Shown: positions 50,193-59,882 of the stretch, piece by piece
Numbering within the stretch: position 1 is the stretch's first letter
Layout: each line of letters starts with the position of its first letter
Assembly: GCA_965203555.1 (NCBI GenBank)
Contig: CBDBCY010000004.1
Location: 1,664,001-1,728,000 of the forward strand
Direction: 5' to 3'
Length of the DNA stretch: 64,000 nucleotides
Source of the DNA: Acidimicrobiia bacterium
GTDB taxonomy: Bacteria; Actinomycetota; Acidimicrobiia; Spongiisociales; ZC4RG35
Notes under the pieces: generated by a model
The model's database searches: none
What the model saw: the letters and a program-made list of their open reading frames with translations, nothing else
Told to the model about the DNA's origin: nothing
Translations under genes and position numbers: made by a program

Positions 50193-51035
50193 ATGTCCAA
50201 TCAGGTAACCGCCGCCCTGATCCAATCGGAGTGGACCGGCGACAAGGAGTCGATGGTCGACAAGAACATCGACTACGCTCGGGAGGCGGCAGAGCAGGGA
50301 GCGCAGGTGCTCTGCTTCCAGGAGATTTTCAACAGCCCTTACTTCTGCAACGTCCAGGACAGCGACAATTACTCCTACGCCGAGCCGATCCCGGACGGGC
50401 CGACCATTCGACGCATGATCTCATTGGCCGAGGAGACCGGGATGGTCCTGGTGGTCCCCATCTACGAGGTGGTCGACGAGGGAACGTTCTTCAACACCGC
50501 GGCGGTGATCGATGCCGACGGCACATTCCTGGGCAGATACCGCAAGACCCACATCCCGCAGGTGAAAGGGTTCTGGGAAAAGTTCTACTTCCGGCCCGGC
50601 AACCTGGGCTACCCGGTCTTCGACACGGCGGTGGGAAGGATCGGGGTCTACATCTGCTACGACCGCCACTTTCCCGAAGGGTGGAGAGTGCTGGGCCTCA
50701 AAGGCGCCCGCATCGTTTTCAACCCTTCCGCCACCACCCGGGGGCACTCGATGCACTTGTGGCAACTGGAGCAGACCGCCGCGGCGGTTGCAAACGAATA
50801 TTTCGTCGGCGCCATCAATCGGGTTGGACCGGAGGGTTACACCGACACCGACTACTACGGATCATCCTACTTCGCCAACCCCCGGGGGGAGATAGTGGGC
50901 GAAACAGCCTCGGACACCGAGGATGAGGTAGTGGTTCGCCAACTCGATCTGGGCCTGGTGGAGGAGGTACGGCGCTACTGGGCCTTCTACCGTGACCGTC
51001 GGCCCGAGGTCTACGAAGAGGTGGCGGCCGTCTAG
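50193..51035 (+). CDS. Beta-ureidopropionase-like carbon-nitrogen hydrolase
   Basis: 'CFQEIF', 'YRKTHIP', 'FWEKFYFRPG', 'ICYDRHFPE'. Confidence 0.88.
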   Translation: MSNQVTAALIQSEWTGDKESMVDKNIDYAREAAEQGAQVLCFQEIFNSPYFCNVQDSDNYSYAEPIPDGPTIRRMISLAEETGMVLVVPIYEVVDEGTFFNTAAVIDADGTFLGRYRKTHIPQVKGFWEKFYFRPGNLGYPVFDTAVGRIGVYICYDRHFPEGWRVLGLKGARIVFNPSATTRGHSMHLWQLEQTAAAVANEYFVGAINRVGPEGYTDTDYYGSSYFANPRGEIVGETASDTEDEVVVRQLDLGLVEEVRRYWAFYRDRRPEVYEEVAAV

Positions 51036-51046
51036 GCCGAAATCCT

Positions 51047-52084
51047 TTACTCGCCGGAAGGCTGCTCCGACTTCACCCACACGGTTCGTTGCGGGAAAGG
51101 TATCTCTATTCCGGCCTGGTCGAGGGCTTCTTTGAGGCGACCGCGCAACTCCCGGGCGGCGGCGAATTGTTCCCCCGGCTCGGTTTTGGCCATCAGTCTT
51201 ATCGCTATAGCACTTTCTCCAAAGCTCTGGACGCCGGCGATGGTGGGCTCTGCGATGATGGTGGCGTTCGGCAGTTGCTCACGCCACATCCCGTCAGCCA
51301 CCTGCTTGATGACCGCCATAGCCTCGCCGATGTTCGTGTCGTATGCGACCTCGATATCCAGGACCGCCTGTCCCCAGTCCTGTGACATGTTGGCCACCCG
51401 CCGGATCTCCCCGTTGGGAATGTGCCACAGTGTGCCGTTGATGTCCCGAACCTGCGTGGTGCGAAGCTTCACTTCTTCCACTACCCCGACCGTGTCTCCG
51501 GCGTCAATCACGTCGCCTACCCCGTACTGATCCTCCAGCAGCATGAACACTCCCGACAAAAAGTCCTTGACAAGACTCTGCGCACCGAAGCCAACCGCCA
51601 CGCCCACGATGCCAGCGCCGGCAATCAAGGGTCCCAGATTCACGTCAAACTCTGCCATAGCCATCATCACAGCCAGGCCGTAGATGGCGATAGAGGCCAT
51701 CGATCGCAACACGGCACCAAGCGTTCTGGTCCGCTGGCTGCTCCGTTCACTCTGCTCAACCACTATTCGGGCCCGGCGAAGCGCTGCCTCACGCAACCCG
51801 TCGACCAGGCCGGAGACCTCGGTCGACTCCTCACGAGCTTTGGCGACCGCCGCCACACGGCGTTCCAGCCAACCCTCCACCGCTCCGTCCAACCACCGCC
51901 GCACAATACGGTTGCCAATCCAGGCCGCCAGGAGAATCAGCGCAGCCTTGACGGGACGGGCCGCAATCTCAGAGATGCGAGCCGCATCCGTGCTGCCGGT
52001 CAGGTCGAAAACCATGCTGCACACCGCGCCCGCGTCAGCGCCGCAGGCGTCAGTTACCGTTTGTGCGAGTACAAGGTAAGGCAT
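51047..52084 (-). CDS. Small-conductance mechanosensitive channel (MscS/YbiO family)
   Basis: 'GVAVGFGAQSLVKDFLSG', 'IPNGEI', 'GIEIPFPQR'. Confidence 0.9.
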   Translation of the reverse strand: MPYLVLAQTVTDACGADAGAVCSMVFDLTGSTDAARISEIAARPVKAALILLAAWIGNRIVRRWLDGAVEGWLERRVAAVAKAREESTEVSGLVDGLREAALRRARIVVEQSERSSQRTRTLGAVLRSMASIAIYGLAVMMAMAEFDVNLGPLIAGAGIVGVAVGFGAQSLVKDFLSGVFMLLEDQYGVGDVIDAGDTVGVVEEVKLRTTQVRDINGTLWHIPNGEIRRVANMSQDWGQAVLDIEVAYDTNIGEAMAVIKQVADGMWREQLPNATIIAEPTIAGVQSFGESAIAIRLMAKTEPGEQFAAARELRGRLKEALDQAGIEIPFPQRTVWVKSEQPSGE

Positions 52085-52198
52085 TTCTGTCTCCTAAACG
52101 ATTCTGACGCCAGTTTAATTGGGCAAGGCGGATTAGCGTTTCCATACGTTGTCCACAGATGAGACAGCACGATTGGTCCGGTTCGATAGAGAGGCGCC

Positions 52199-52837
52199 AT
52201 GAGGTTCATCAACCGATCCCACGCCGGCCGTAGGCTGGCCCGCCGCCTCGACCACCTGCTCAACGAACCCATCGTGATCCTCGGCCTTCCCCGCGGCGGC
52301 ATACCCGTGGGTTTCGAAGTAGCCCGGCGACTATCCGCGCCTCTGGAGCTTTTGCTGGTGCGCAAGCTCGGTGCTCCGTTTCAGCCCGAACTCGCCATAG
52401 GAGCACTGGGTGAAGGGGAGATACGGATAATCGATGAACAACGCCTCACGTATCTTGGTATCAGCTCAGACCAGGTAGCCGAAGTTGAGCGGCGAGAGCG
52501 CAAGGAGATTACGAGACAGGCCGAATTGTTCCGGCAAGGCCGTCCAGCCGCCGATCTGAAGAAGAAGACCGCCGTAATTGTCGATGACGGCATCGCCACC
52601 GGATCCACGGCCCTGGCCGCCTGTTCCATTTCCCGCCAACTCGGCGCCGACCGGATAGTCCTGGCCACTCCGGTCGCCCCGCGGCAGGCTCCCGCCATCT
52701 TTGAAAACGCGGTCGACGAGTTCGTGGCTGTGGCCACTCCGCGACGCCTGGGCGCCATCGGCCTTTACTACACCGACTTTCGACCCACTTCGGACCGCGA
52801 GGTGATCGAGTTGCTGGAGCGGTCCCGCCTGGGATAG
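52199..52837 (+). CDS. Phosphoribosyltransferase family protein
   Basis: 'LGLPRGG', 'VIVDDGIATGST'. Confidence 0.88.
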   Translation: MRFINRSHAGRRLARRLDHLLNEPIVILGLPRGGIPVGFEVARRLSAPLELLLVRKLGAPFQPELAIGALGEGEIRIIDEQRLTYLGISSDQVAEVERRERKEITRQAELFRQGRPAADLKKKTAVIVDDGIATGSTALAACSISRQLGADRIVLATPVAPRQAPAIFENAVDEFVAVATPRRLGAIGLYYTDFRPTSDREVIELLERSRLG

Positions 52838-52966
52838 TCGGGGCCGTGCCGGCAACCGCCTCACCTGACCGGAGCGTCGTGACGGGACCTGCCCTGGATA
52901 AGACGGTAATCAGGGCCGTCACTGAACCTTGATGCCCGGAAAGGTAGACGCCGGTGTATCCGGTAG

Positions 52967-53458
52967 TTACTCCCGGGACCCCAGTTCGTGGTCGATCAGC
53001 GCCAAGCCCACTTCACTGCCCTCGAGGCGCCGTATCCGCTCCCAGGTCCCTCCCACCGATGCCTCCTCCTCTATCTGCTCTGTCAAGAAGCCTTGCAGGA
53101 AAGGCAGGCTGTCGAGGTCATCGATTTCGACGGCCAACCGGTAAAGGTCACGAATCCGCTCGGACACCATCTGCTCATGGCGTAGGGCTTCTTCGAATAC
53201 GTGTGCCGGGTTGTCGAACTTGCTGGTCGGCGCCCCGATGGCGCCGATCTCCACCCTGCCGCCCCGTTCCAGAAGAAAGTCGATGAACATCCGGGCGTGC
53301 TCAGCCTCTTCTTCCGACTGGTGGGTCATCCAGCTCGCCATGCCCGGCCGCCCGTCCCTTTCCAGGTGCACCGACATCTGCAGGTAAGCCAACGCGGCGC
53401 TCAACTCGCAGGTGATCTGATCGTTGAGAGCCGCCTCCATCTGCTCTGTCAGGGCCAT
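52967..53458 (-). CDS. Ferritin
   Basis: 'LNDQITCE', 'EEAEHA', 'HEQMV', 'EQIEEE' ferroxidase residues. Confidence 0.9.
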   Translation of the reverse strand: MALTEQMEAALNDQITCELSAALAYLQMSVHLERDGRPGMASWMTHQSEEEAEHARMFIDFLLERGGRVEIGAIGAPTSKFDNPAHVFEEALRHEQMVSERIRDLYRLAVEIDDLDSLPFLQGFLTEQIEEEASVGGTWERIRRLEGSEVGLALIDHELGSRE

Positions 53459-53620
53459 TTTCCTCTCCTCTGCTCGGTTTGGGATTACCAGGTTGCGTCA
53501 AGCTTAACGCCATCCGCCGGAAAGCAGCACCGTCGGGAGTGTCCGCTGCCCGCATGACGGCCTTTTCCACCCTCGTTGCGTCGGCGCCAAAGGCGACCCC
53601 CGCACATCGTGAAGGAGCCA

Positions 53621-54907
53621 CTACTCCAGCATGTAGACCCGCTTGGCCTTACCCACTTCCTGGCGGGGAAGTTCTCCCGGATCGCTGACCGTTACCTTCA
53701 CGCGCAGCCGAACGGCTTCGAGCAGTCTCTTCTCCAGCCGCCGCGCAACCGTCTCCCGGCGGGCCACCGAGTCCGGGTGCCGCAGCTCCACCCTGGCCTC
53801 GATCTCGGCCAGGACTCCCCGTTTGTCGACGCAGATGAGAAACTGGCCTCCCACATCGGGGTCAGCGAGCAACACGCTCTCGATTTCACGGGGATACACA
53901 TTGACGCCCCGCACGATCAGCATGTCGTCGACCCGGCCCCACAGTCGGTCCATACACCGAAACGGCAATCCGCCCACCGGCGGCAGGAGCCGGGTTATGT
54001 CACCGGTCCTGTATCTGATCACGGGCTGCGCCTGCTTGGTGAGGGTGGTGAGCACCAGTTCACCCACTTCACCGTCGGGAAGCCGCTTGTCGGTGGAAGG
54101 ATCGATGATCTCCGGATAGAAGTGGTCTTCGGCGATTACCAGCCGACCCTTGTGTTCCACCCATTCCGACGCCACCCCGGGACCGATGATCTCCGACAGG
54201 CCGTAGATGTCGCAGGCGTCGAACCCGCCGCCCCATGCCTGCTCGATCTTCTGCCGCATGCCCTCCGACCAAGGTTCGGCGCCGTGGATACCCCAACGAA
54301 GCGAGATCGAGTCCAATAAGCCTTCTTCGGCGGCTCGTTCGGCAAGCAGGAGTGAATAGGAAGGCGTGCATGCCAATCCGGTGGCACCCAGATCGGCCAG
54401 CATCTGCACCTGAAAGCCCGAATTCCCTCCCGAGGCGGGAACGGCGGTGGCGCCCAAGGCCTCCACTCCGAAGTGAAGTCCCAGACCCCCGGTGAAGAGT
54501 CCGTATCCGTAGGCAACATGGACCATCGAACCCGAATCGGCGCCCGCCAGGGCCAGGGACCGGGCGTTGACCTCCGCGAACATGCGCACGTCGGCGGCGG
54601 TGTAGGCGCCGATGGTGGGCTTACCCGAGGTCCCCGAAGAAGCATGGACCCGCACCACTTCCCTCATCGGAGCGGCCACCATCCCGAAGGGATAGGCCTG
54701 CCGGAACTCGGCCTTGGTGGTCATGGGCAATTGGTTCAGGTCATCAAGAGTTCTCACCGCGCCGGCATCTGCGAGTTTGCCGCGCCAGAAAGGACTGTCC
54801 ACTTCCCGCAGACGGTCGACGAGCGTCACCAGCCTGTCCGACTGAGTTCCGCGCAACTCCTCCTGCGTCAACGAAACGAAATCCGATGGATAAAGGCCGG
54901 TCCCCAT
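53621..54907 (-). CDS. paaK: Phenylacetate-CoA ligase
   Basis: 'HASSGTSGKPT', 'YGYGLFTGGLG', 'DIYGLSE', 'GRVDDMLIVRGVNVYP'. Confidence 0.9.
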   Translation of the reverse strand: MGTGLYPSDFVSLTQEELRGTQSDRLVTLVDRLREVDSPFWRGKLADAGAVRTLDDLNQLPMTTKAEFRQAYPFGMVAAPMREVVRVHASSGTSGKPTIGAYTAADVRMFAEVNARSLALAGADSGSMVHVAYGYGLFTGGLGLHFGVEALGATAVPASGGNSGFQVQMLADLGATGLACTPSYSLLLAERAAEEGLLDSISLRWGIHGAEPWSEGMRQKIEQAWGGGFDACDIYGLSEIIGPGVASEWVEHKGRLVIAEDHFYPEIIDPSTDKRLPDGEVGELVLTTLTKQAQPVIRYRTGDITRLLPPVGGLPFRCMDRLWGRVDDMLIVRGVNVYPREIESVLLADPDVGGQFLICVDKRGVLAEIEARVELRHPDSVARRETVARRLEKRLLEAVRLRVKVTVSDPGELPRQEVGKAKRVYMLE

Positions 54908-55123
54908 GTGTGCTCCTACTCTATTCTGCCGACGCCGTCTGCGCCATGGCGCCTCGCGCCGACCCCTGTCGGTTTCGGGCGGTAGCCGGGACAACCCCTG
55001 AGAGCTTCATCATCGGGTCATGGACGCGGGGCTGCGGCGGCCGTATTTCGACCCCACCACCTGGCGGCGCTGTATGTCTCCCAAGTCCGGTTCGGCGCAA
55101 CATTTCCCTTTCGCAAGCAATTC

Positions 55124-55165
55124 CTTCCTTATATCTATATATAATGATCTCTTTATATAAGGAGG
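55124..55165 (+). promoter_or_regulatory. AT-rich inverted repeat overlapping the SD of the ABC operon
   Basis: cttccttatat...atataaggagg; contains TATAAT. Confidence 0.55.
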
Positions 55166-55169
55166 TATT

Positions 55170-56462
55170 ATGCCACTAATCAAGGTCAGATCAAAGCCGC
55201 GGTTATCCGGCGCCATCAGGTGGTCGGCGTTGCTGGCTGCACTTTCATTGCTGTTCACGGCCTGCTCGAATGATGCCGATTCGCCGACCACCACCGCCAC
55301 AGAAGTTGCTCCCACAACCCAGGCGCCCAGCACCACAACTCAAGCGCCGACCACAACCACCTCTGCGCCCGCCGAACCTATCCGCATCGGCATTCTTTAC
55401 TCGGCGACCGGCCCGGCGGGCGTCTTCGGACCACCGGTGGAGAACATTGCCAAACTCATCGAATCGGATATCAATGGGGCGGGTGGAATCCTCGGCCGAA
55501 CAGTTGAAACGGTTATGGCTGACGACGCCACCGACCCGGAGGTGGGCCGTGCGAGCATGGAACGCCTGCTTGACGAGGAAAGGGTCGATGTTGTAATCGG
55601 GACCCACTCCTCGGCGACCCGCGCCGCCGCCAAGCCATTGGCCGAGGCAGCCGACACCCTGTACATCTATGCCGCTCTATACGAGGGCGGCGAATGCTCC
55701 CCGGTCATGTTCAACACCGGTGAAGTCCCCAGCCAACAGCTTCAAACCACCATCCCATGGATGATGGAAGACACGGGTGGAAGTACATGGTTCCTCCTCG
55801 GAAACGACTACCTGTGGCCTCGCCGAAGCTTCGAATGGGCCCGTCAATACATAGAATCCGCAGGCGGCGAGGTGGTTGGAGAGGAATACGTGCCCTTGGG
55901 CACCACCGATTTTTCATCGGTGGCCCAGCAAATCATCTCCGCCGATCCCGACCTGATCTTCCCGGCGCTGGTGGGCGGCGACGCCATCGCCTTCGAAACC
56001 CAGGCCTTCGACTTCGGGATCGGACAGGCCGAAATACCCCGTCTGGCCAACATCTATGAAGAAAACGTGATAGGCGCCATGGGTCCCAGCGTGGCATCCG
56101 GGATGCGGGTGACGCTTGGTTATTTCAAGGAAGCCGGGGGCGCCGAAAACTCCGCCTTCGTGGAACGTTATCTGGAGACGTTCGGAGCGGACGCCGCGCC
56201 CCACGCCACCTTCAGCGCTCATGTTTACGACGCCGCACTGTTGTACGCCGAGGCGGCCAACCGGGCCGGAACCATCGAGACGTACGATGTTGCCGACGCC
56301 ATGATCGGCCTGTCCATCGAAACGCCGACGGGCGTCATCACGGTCACCGACAGCCGTCACCTCACTCAACCCATCTATGTAGTGGAAGTGCAGGAAGACG
56401 GTACCCAGACCGTGGTGCAAACCTTCGAAGGGGTGCACCCCGAGGAAAGCTGTACACCCTGA
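55170..56462 (+). CDS. UrtA/AmiC-like (branched-chain-type) ABC substrate-binding lipoprotein
   Basis: Lipobox 'FTAC', 'INGAGGILGR', 'YEGGECS', 'LGNDYLWP'. Confidence 0.88.
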   Translation: MPLIKVRSKPRLSGAIRWSALLAALSLLFTACSNDADSPTTTATEVAPTTQAPSTTTQAPTTTTSAPAEPIRIGILYSATGPAGVFGPPVENIAKLIESDINGAGGILGRTVETVMADDATDPEVGRASMERLLDEERVDVVIGTHSSATRAAAKPLAEAADTLYIYAALYEGGECSPVMFNTGEVPSQQLQTTIPWMMEDTGGSTWFLLGNDYLWPRRSFEWARQYIESAGGEVVGEEYVPLGTTDFSSVAQQIISADPDLIFPALVGGDAIAFETQAFDFGIGQAEIPRLANIYEENVIGAMGPSVASGMRVTLGYFKEAGGAENSAFVERYLETFGADAAPHATFSAHVYDAALLYAEAANRAGTIETYDVADAMIGLSIETPTGVITVTDSRHLTQPIYVVEVQEDGTQTVVQTFEGVHPEESCTP

Positions 56463-56474
56463 GCCGGGTCCGCC

Positions 56475-56515
56475 GTAGCGGCCGACGAAAGCCAATGCTT
56501 TTTGTCGGCCGCTAC
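56475..56515 (+). terminator. Strong intercistronic hairpin after the SBP gene (stabiliser/partial terminator)
   Basis: GTAGCGGCCGAC...GTCGGCCGCTAC perfect 12-bp stem, extendable. Confidence 0.7.
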
Positions 56516-56583
56516 TCAAACGACCGGAGGTCCGCCTGCTGACGGGTAGTCGGTCTCCGCGTTTGACGAAAGAGAGCTGCTAA

Positions 56584-57435
56584 ATGGACGATTTGACGGT
56601 CGAGTTCCTGAACGGGGTGAGCTTGATGTCGGTCCTGGGCATTGCGGCACTGGGAATGGGAATCGTCTTCGGTCTGATGGGAGTCATCAATCTGGCGCAC
56701 GGCGAATTCCTGATGCTGGGCGCCTATGTTGCAGTGGTCTTCCATCAAGCCAATGTCAATCACTGGTTGTCCCTGGGCATGGCCGGATTGCTGATGTTCC
56801 TGGTAGGCGGCGCCGTAGAGATCGGATTGATCCGCCGCATCCACCAACACCCGGAACTGACCATCCTGGCCACCTTCGGTCTCTCCATAGTGCTGCGCCA
56901 GATCGCCGAATTGATCTTTTCGAAGGATCTGCGGTCGGTGCCCAACCCGAACCCGGGCGCCACCGAGGCATTCGGTGTCCTCTACCCGACTTACCGGTAC
57001 TACGTGATCTTGATAGCGATGGCCATCGTTATCGCCACTCTGCTCGTCTTCACCCGGTCACGGTTCGGGCTTCAAATACGGGCTGTGGTCGCCAACACGG
57101 ACTTGGCGGAGATGGTCGGCCTTCGGACCAGCAGGGTGAACTTCCTCGCATTCGGGGTTGGGGCGGCAACTGCCGGCATTGCCGGGGCACTGATAGCACC
57201 CCTGGGAAGCGTCTCTCCCGACCTCGGTCGTCTATACCTGCCAGGGGCATTCCTGGTGGTTATCGCCGGGGGGATAGGACGGATGTGGAGCGTCCCGATC
57301 GGAGCATTGGTGGTTGCCGCCACCCAGACCGGTGTAACCCACTACATAGACGCGGTTTGGGGCCAGATCGCCGTTCTGCTGCTGGCGGTCATCGTCCTGC
57401 AAATGCGCAAACACCAAAAGGCATTGGCTGTTTAG
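56584..57435 (+). CDS. LivH/UrtB-like ABC permease
   Basis: 'GLMGVINLAHGEFLMLGAY'. Confidence 0.9.
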   Translation: MDDLTVEFLNGVSLMSVLGIAALGMGIVFGLMGVINLAHGEFLMLGAYVAVVFHQANVNHWLSLGMAGLLMFLVGGAVEIGLIRRIHQHPELTILATFGLSIVLRQIAELIFSKDLRSVPNPNPGATEAFGVLYPTYRYYVILIAMAIVIATLLVFTRSRFGLQIRAVVANTDLAEMVGLRTSRVNFLAFGVGAATAGIAGALIAPLGSVSPDLGRLYLPGAFLVVIAGGIGRMWSVPIGALVVAATQTGVTHYIDAVWGQIAVLLLAVIVLQMRKHQKALAV

Positions 57436-57436
57436 C

Positions 57437-59182
57437 ATGAGCAAACCCTGGTCGGCGGCGATCTTGGGAACCTGTCTTGTGATAGGCGTCAACTTTGGCC
57501 TGGGGGCTTTCCGAGGCGGGCAACTCTCCTTGTTCTTGGTGCTGGCCCTGGTGGCGGTCAGTCTCGATCTGGTCTGGGGATTTGCCGGCATTCTCTCCTT
57601 CGGGCAATCCATTCCATTCGGCGTTGCCGCCTACGTGACGGCCAAGATCACCATCGCCGCCCCGGAACTGGGAGTCGCGGCGATACCGGTGGCTGTTCTG
57701 GCGGGATCCGCGGTGGCATTCGTCATTGCACAAGCTGCCTTCCGGCGTCGACTCTCGGTGGTGGTGATCGGCCTGCTCACCTTGATGCTGTCCCTGGCCA
57801 CCGAGACGATCGTTCGCCAAATGCGGGACATAACCGGAGGTTTCAACGGTCTGACCAACATTCCCCGCCTCCAACTGGGATCCGTGCAACTCGATGATCG
57901 GACCCAGGACATCGTCATCGCGGTGGTCTGCATGCTGGTTTTCTCGTTGATCGCCACCTTGGTTCGCCGCCCGCTGGGCGCGGTGCTGATCGGCGTTCGA
58001 GACAACGAACCCCGTATGGCCGCTCTGGGATACGACACCGTCTCGTTGAAGATATGGGTCTTCACGCTGGGAGGCGCCGTCGCCGGACTGGCCGGAGCGC
58101 TCTACGCCCCTCGCACCGCATTCGTCTCGCCGGGACTGTTCGGATTCGTGTTCGCCACCAACCTGGTGCTGTGGGTGCTGATCGGAGGCCGGGAAACGAT
58201 TATCGGCCCGGTCGTGGGAACGCTCGTCATCAATTTCGTCACCGCCGCCCTGGCTGACGAGTGGCTCCAGTATTGGGTCCTGGCTACCGGGGCCATCTTC
58301 ATAGTGGCGGTCCTGTTCATTCCCGAGGGTTTGATCCCCACCCTGTTACGGCTGTTCGGCAAACCGATCCGCGCGGCACCCGTCGTCGACCTGACCGTAT
58401 CCGCTGGAGGCGAGGCGCCTCCCCGCCAGGATGACATCTTCGCGGTCAGAGGGCTGTCCATGACCTATGGGCAGTTCACAGCCATCGACGACCTCACGCT
58501 GACCATGTCCAAGCCCCTGCTTCACTGTCTCATCGGACCGAACGGCGCCGGCAAGTCCACCCTCCTGGACGGTCTCTGCGGACAGCAATCACCCAGCAAA
58601 GGAGGGGTGACCCTCCTCGGCGCGGATATGACCAACCGCAAATCATGGCAGATAGCCCGTCATGGCGTGTCGCGAAAATTCCAGGCGCCCCAGGTGCTTC
58701 CGACCCTGACGGTTGCGGAGAATCTGGCGGTGGCGAGTTGGGGCGCCCGCGCCTCCTTTTGGTCACTGGTCAGCCAACGTTGGGAAGCAGTCGTCTCTGC
58801 GGCGGCCAATGAGATCCTTCAACAGACCGGACTCGTCGACAGTGGCCATCGTCCGGCCGGGGAGTTGTCACACGGAAAAAAGCAGTGGCTTGAAATAGCC
58901 ATGGCCCTGAGCCGAAACTGCCGGCTCCTCCTACTGGATGAACCTACCGCCGGATTGACACCGTCCGAAAGTCAGTACGCCGCCGCCCTGCTGCGGAGAG
59001 TACACCAGCAGTACCACTTACCTGTGGTAATCGTCGAACACGACATGGCATTCATTCGATCGGTGGCCGATCGGGTCACCGTCCTGGCCCGAGGCGTCCT
59101 GTTGGCTGACGGCGCCGTCTCGGAGATAGAAGCCCACCCTGGCGTACGGGCCGTCTACATCGGCAAGGACAGTCACAGATGA
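57437..59182 (+). CDS. LivM/UrtC permease fused to LivG/UrtD-like ATP-binding domain
   Basis: 'WGFAGILSFGQ', 'GPNGAGKST', 'LSHGKKQWLEI', 'DEPTAG'. Confidence 0.9.
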   Translation: MSKPWSAAILGTCLVIGVNFGLGAFRGGQLSLFLVLALVAVSLDLVWGFAGILSFGQSIPFGVAAYVTAKITIAAPELGVAAIPVAVLAGSAVAFVIAQAAFRRRLSVVVIGLLTLMLSLATETIVRQMRDITGGFNGLTNIPRLQLGSVQLDDRTQDIVIAVVCMLVFSLIATLVRRPLGAVLIGVRDNEPRMAALGYDTVSLKIWVFTLGGAVAGLAGALYAPRTAFVSPGLFGFVFATNLVLWVLIGGRETIIGPVVGTLVINFVTAALADEWLQYWVLATGAIFIVAVLFIPEGLIPTLLRLFGKPIRAAPVVDLTVSAGGEAPPRQDDIFAVRGLSMTYGQFTAIDDLTLTMSKPLLHCLIGPNGAGKSTLLDGLCGQQSPSKGGVTLLGADMTNRKSWQIARHGVSRKFQAPQVLPTLTVAENLAVASWGARASFWSLVSQRWEAVVSAAANEILQQTGLVDSGHRPAGELSHGKKQWLEIAMALSRNCRLLLLDEPTAGLTPSESQYAAALLRRVHQQYHLPVVIVEHDMAFIRSVADRVTVLARGVLLADGAVSEIEAHPGVRAVYIGKDSHR

Positions 59183-59868
59183 ATGGTCTCACCGTCCAGG
59201 AGATCTCGGCGGGATACGACACGGTCCCCGTTCTGCATTCGGTGAGCTTTTCCATCACCGGGGGCGAGATCGTGGCCCTGATTGGCCGCAACGGCGTGGG
59301 CAAGACCACTTTGGCTTCCGCTCTGGCCGGTCTGTTGCCGGCCACCTCCGGGTCGGTCCGGCTCGGCCCGGTGGACATAACTGCCGTCGCGCCGTCACGA
59401 CGAGTGCGGTGCGGCCTGAGGCTGGCGCCCCAGGAACAAGCGGTGTTTCCGAATCTGACCGTGGCGGAGAACCTGGAGGTTGCAGGCCTGTCCGGGGCCG
59501 GGATCAGGCGTTGCCTCGCTCTATTCCCCGAGTCGCTGCAGGGTCGGGAGAATCAGACCGCCGGCACGCTGTCGGGTGGGGAGCAGAAAATGCTGGCGGT
59601 GGCGCGCACCTTGATCCCGAACGCCGACATCCTGATACTGGACGAACCGGCCGAAGGCCTCCAGCCGTCAAACGTGGATCTATTGGGAAACCATCTCTCC
59701 CACGCCCGCGCCGCAGGGAAGGGGCTGTTGCTCATCGAACAACACCTGGCGTTGGCTCATCGACTCTCGGACCGATTCTTGGTGATGGAAAGAGGAGAAA
59801 TCGTGGACAGCGGCCCAGCCGGCGACCCGGAACTGGGCAAACGGATTGAAAAGCGACTTGTCATCTAA
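59179..59868 (+). CDS. LivF/UrtE-like ABC ATP-binding protein
   Basis: 'GRNGVGKTT', 'LSGGEQKML'. Confidence 0.9.
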   Translation: MNGLTVQEISAGYDTVPVLHSVSFSITGGEIVALIGRNGVGKTTLASALAGLLPATSGSVRLGPVDITAVAPSRRVRCGLRLAPQEQAVFPNLTVAENLEVAGLSGAGIRRCLALFPESLQGRENQTAGTLSGGEQKMLAVARTLIPNADILILDEPAEGLQPSNVDLLGNHLSHARAAGKGLLLIEQHLALAHRLSDRFLVMERGEIVDSGPAGDPELGKRIEKRLVI

Positions 59869-59882
59869 TAAGGAGTTGAGCG

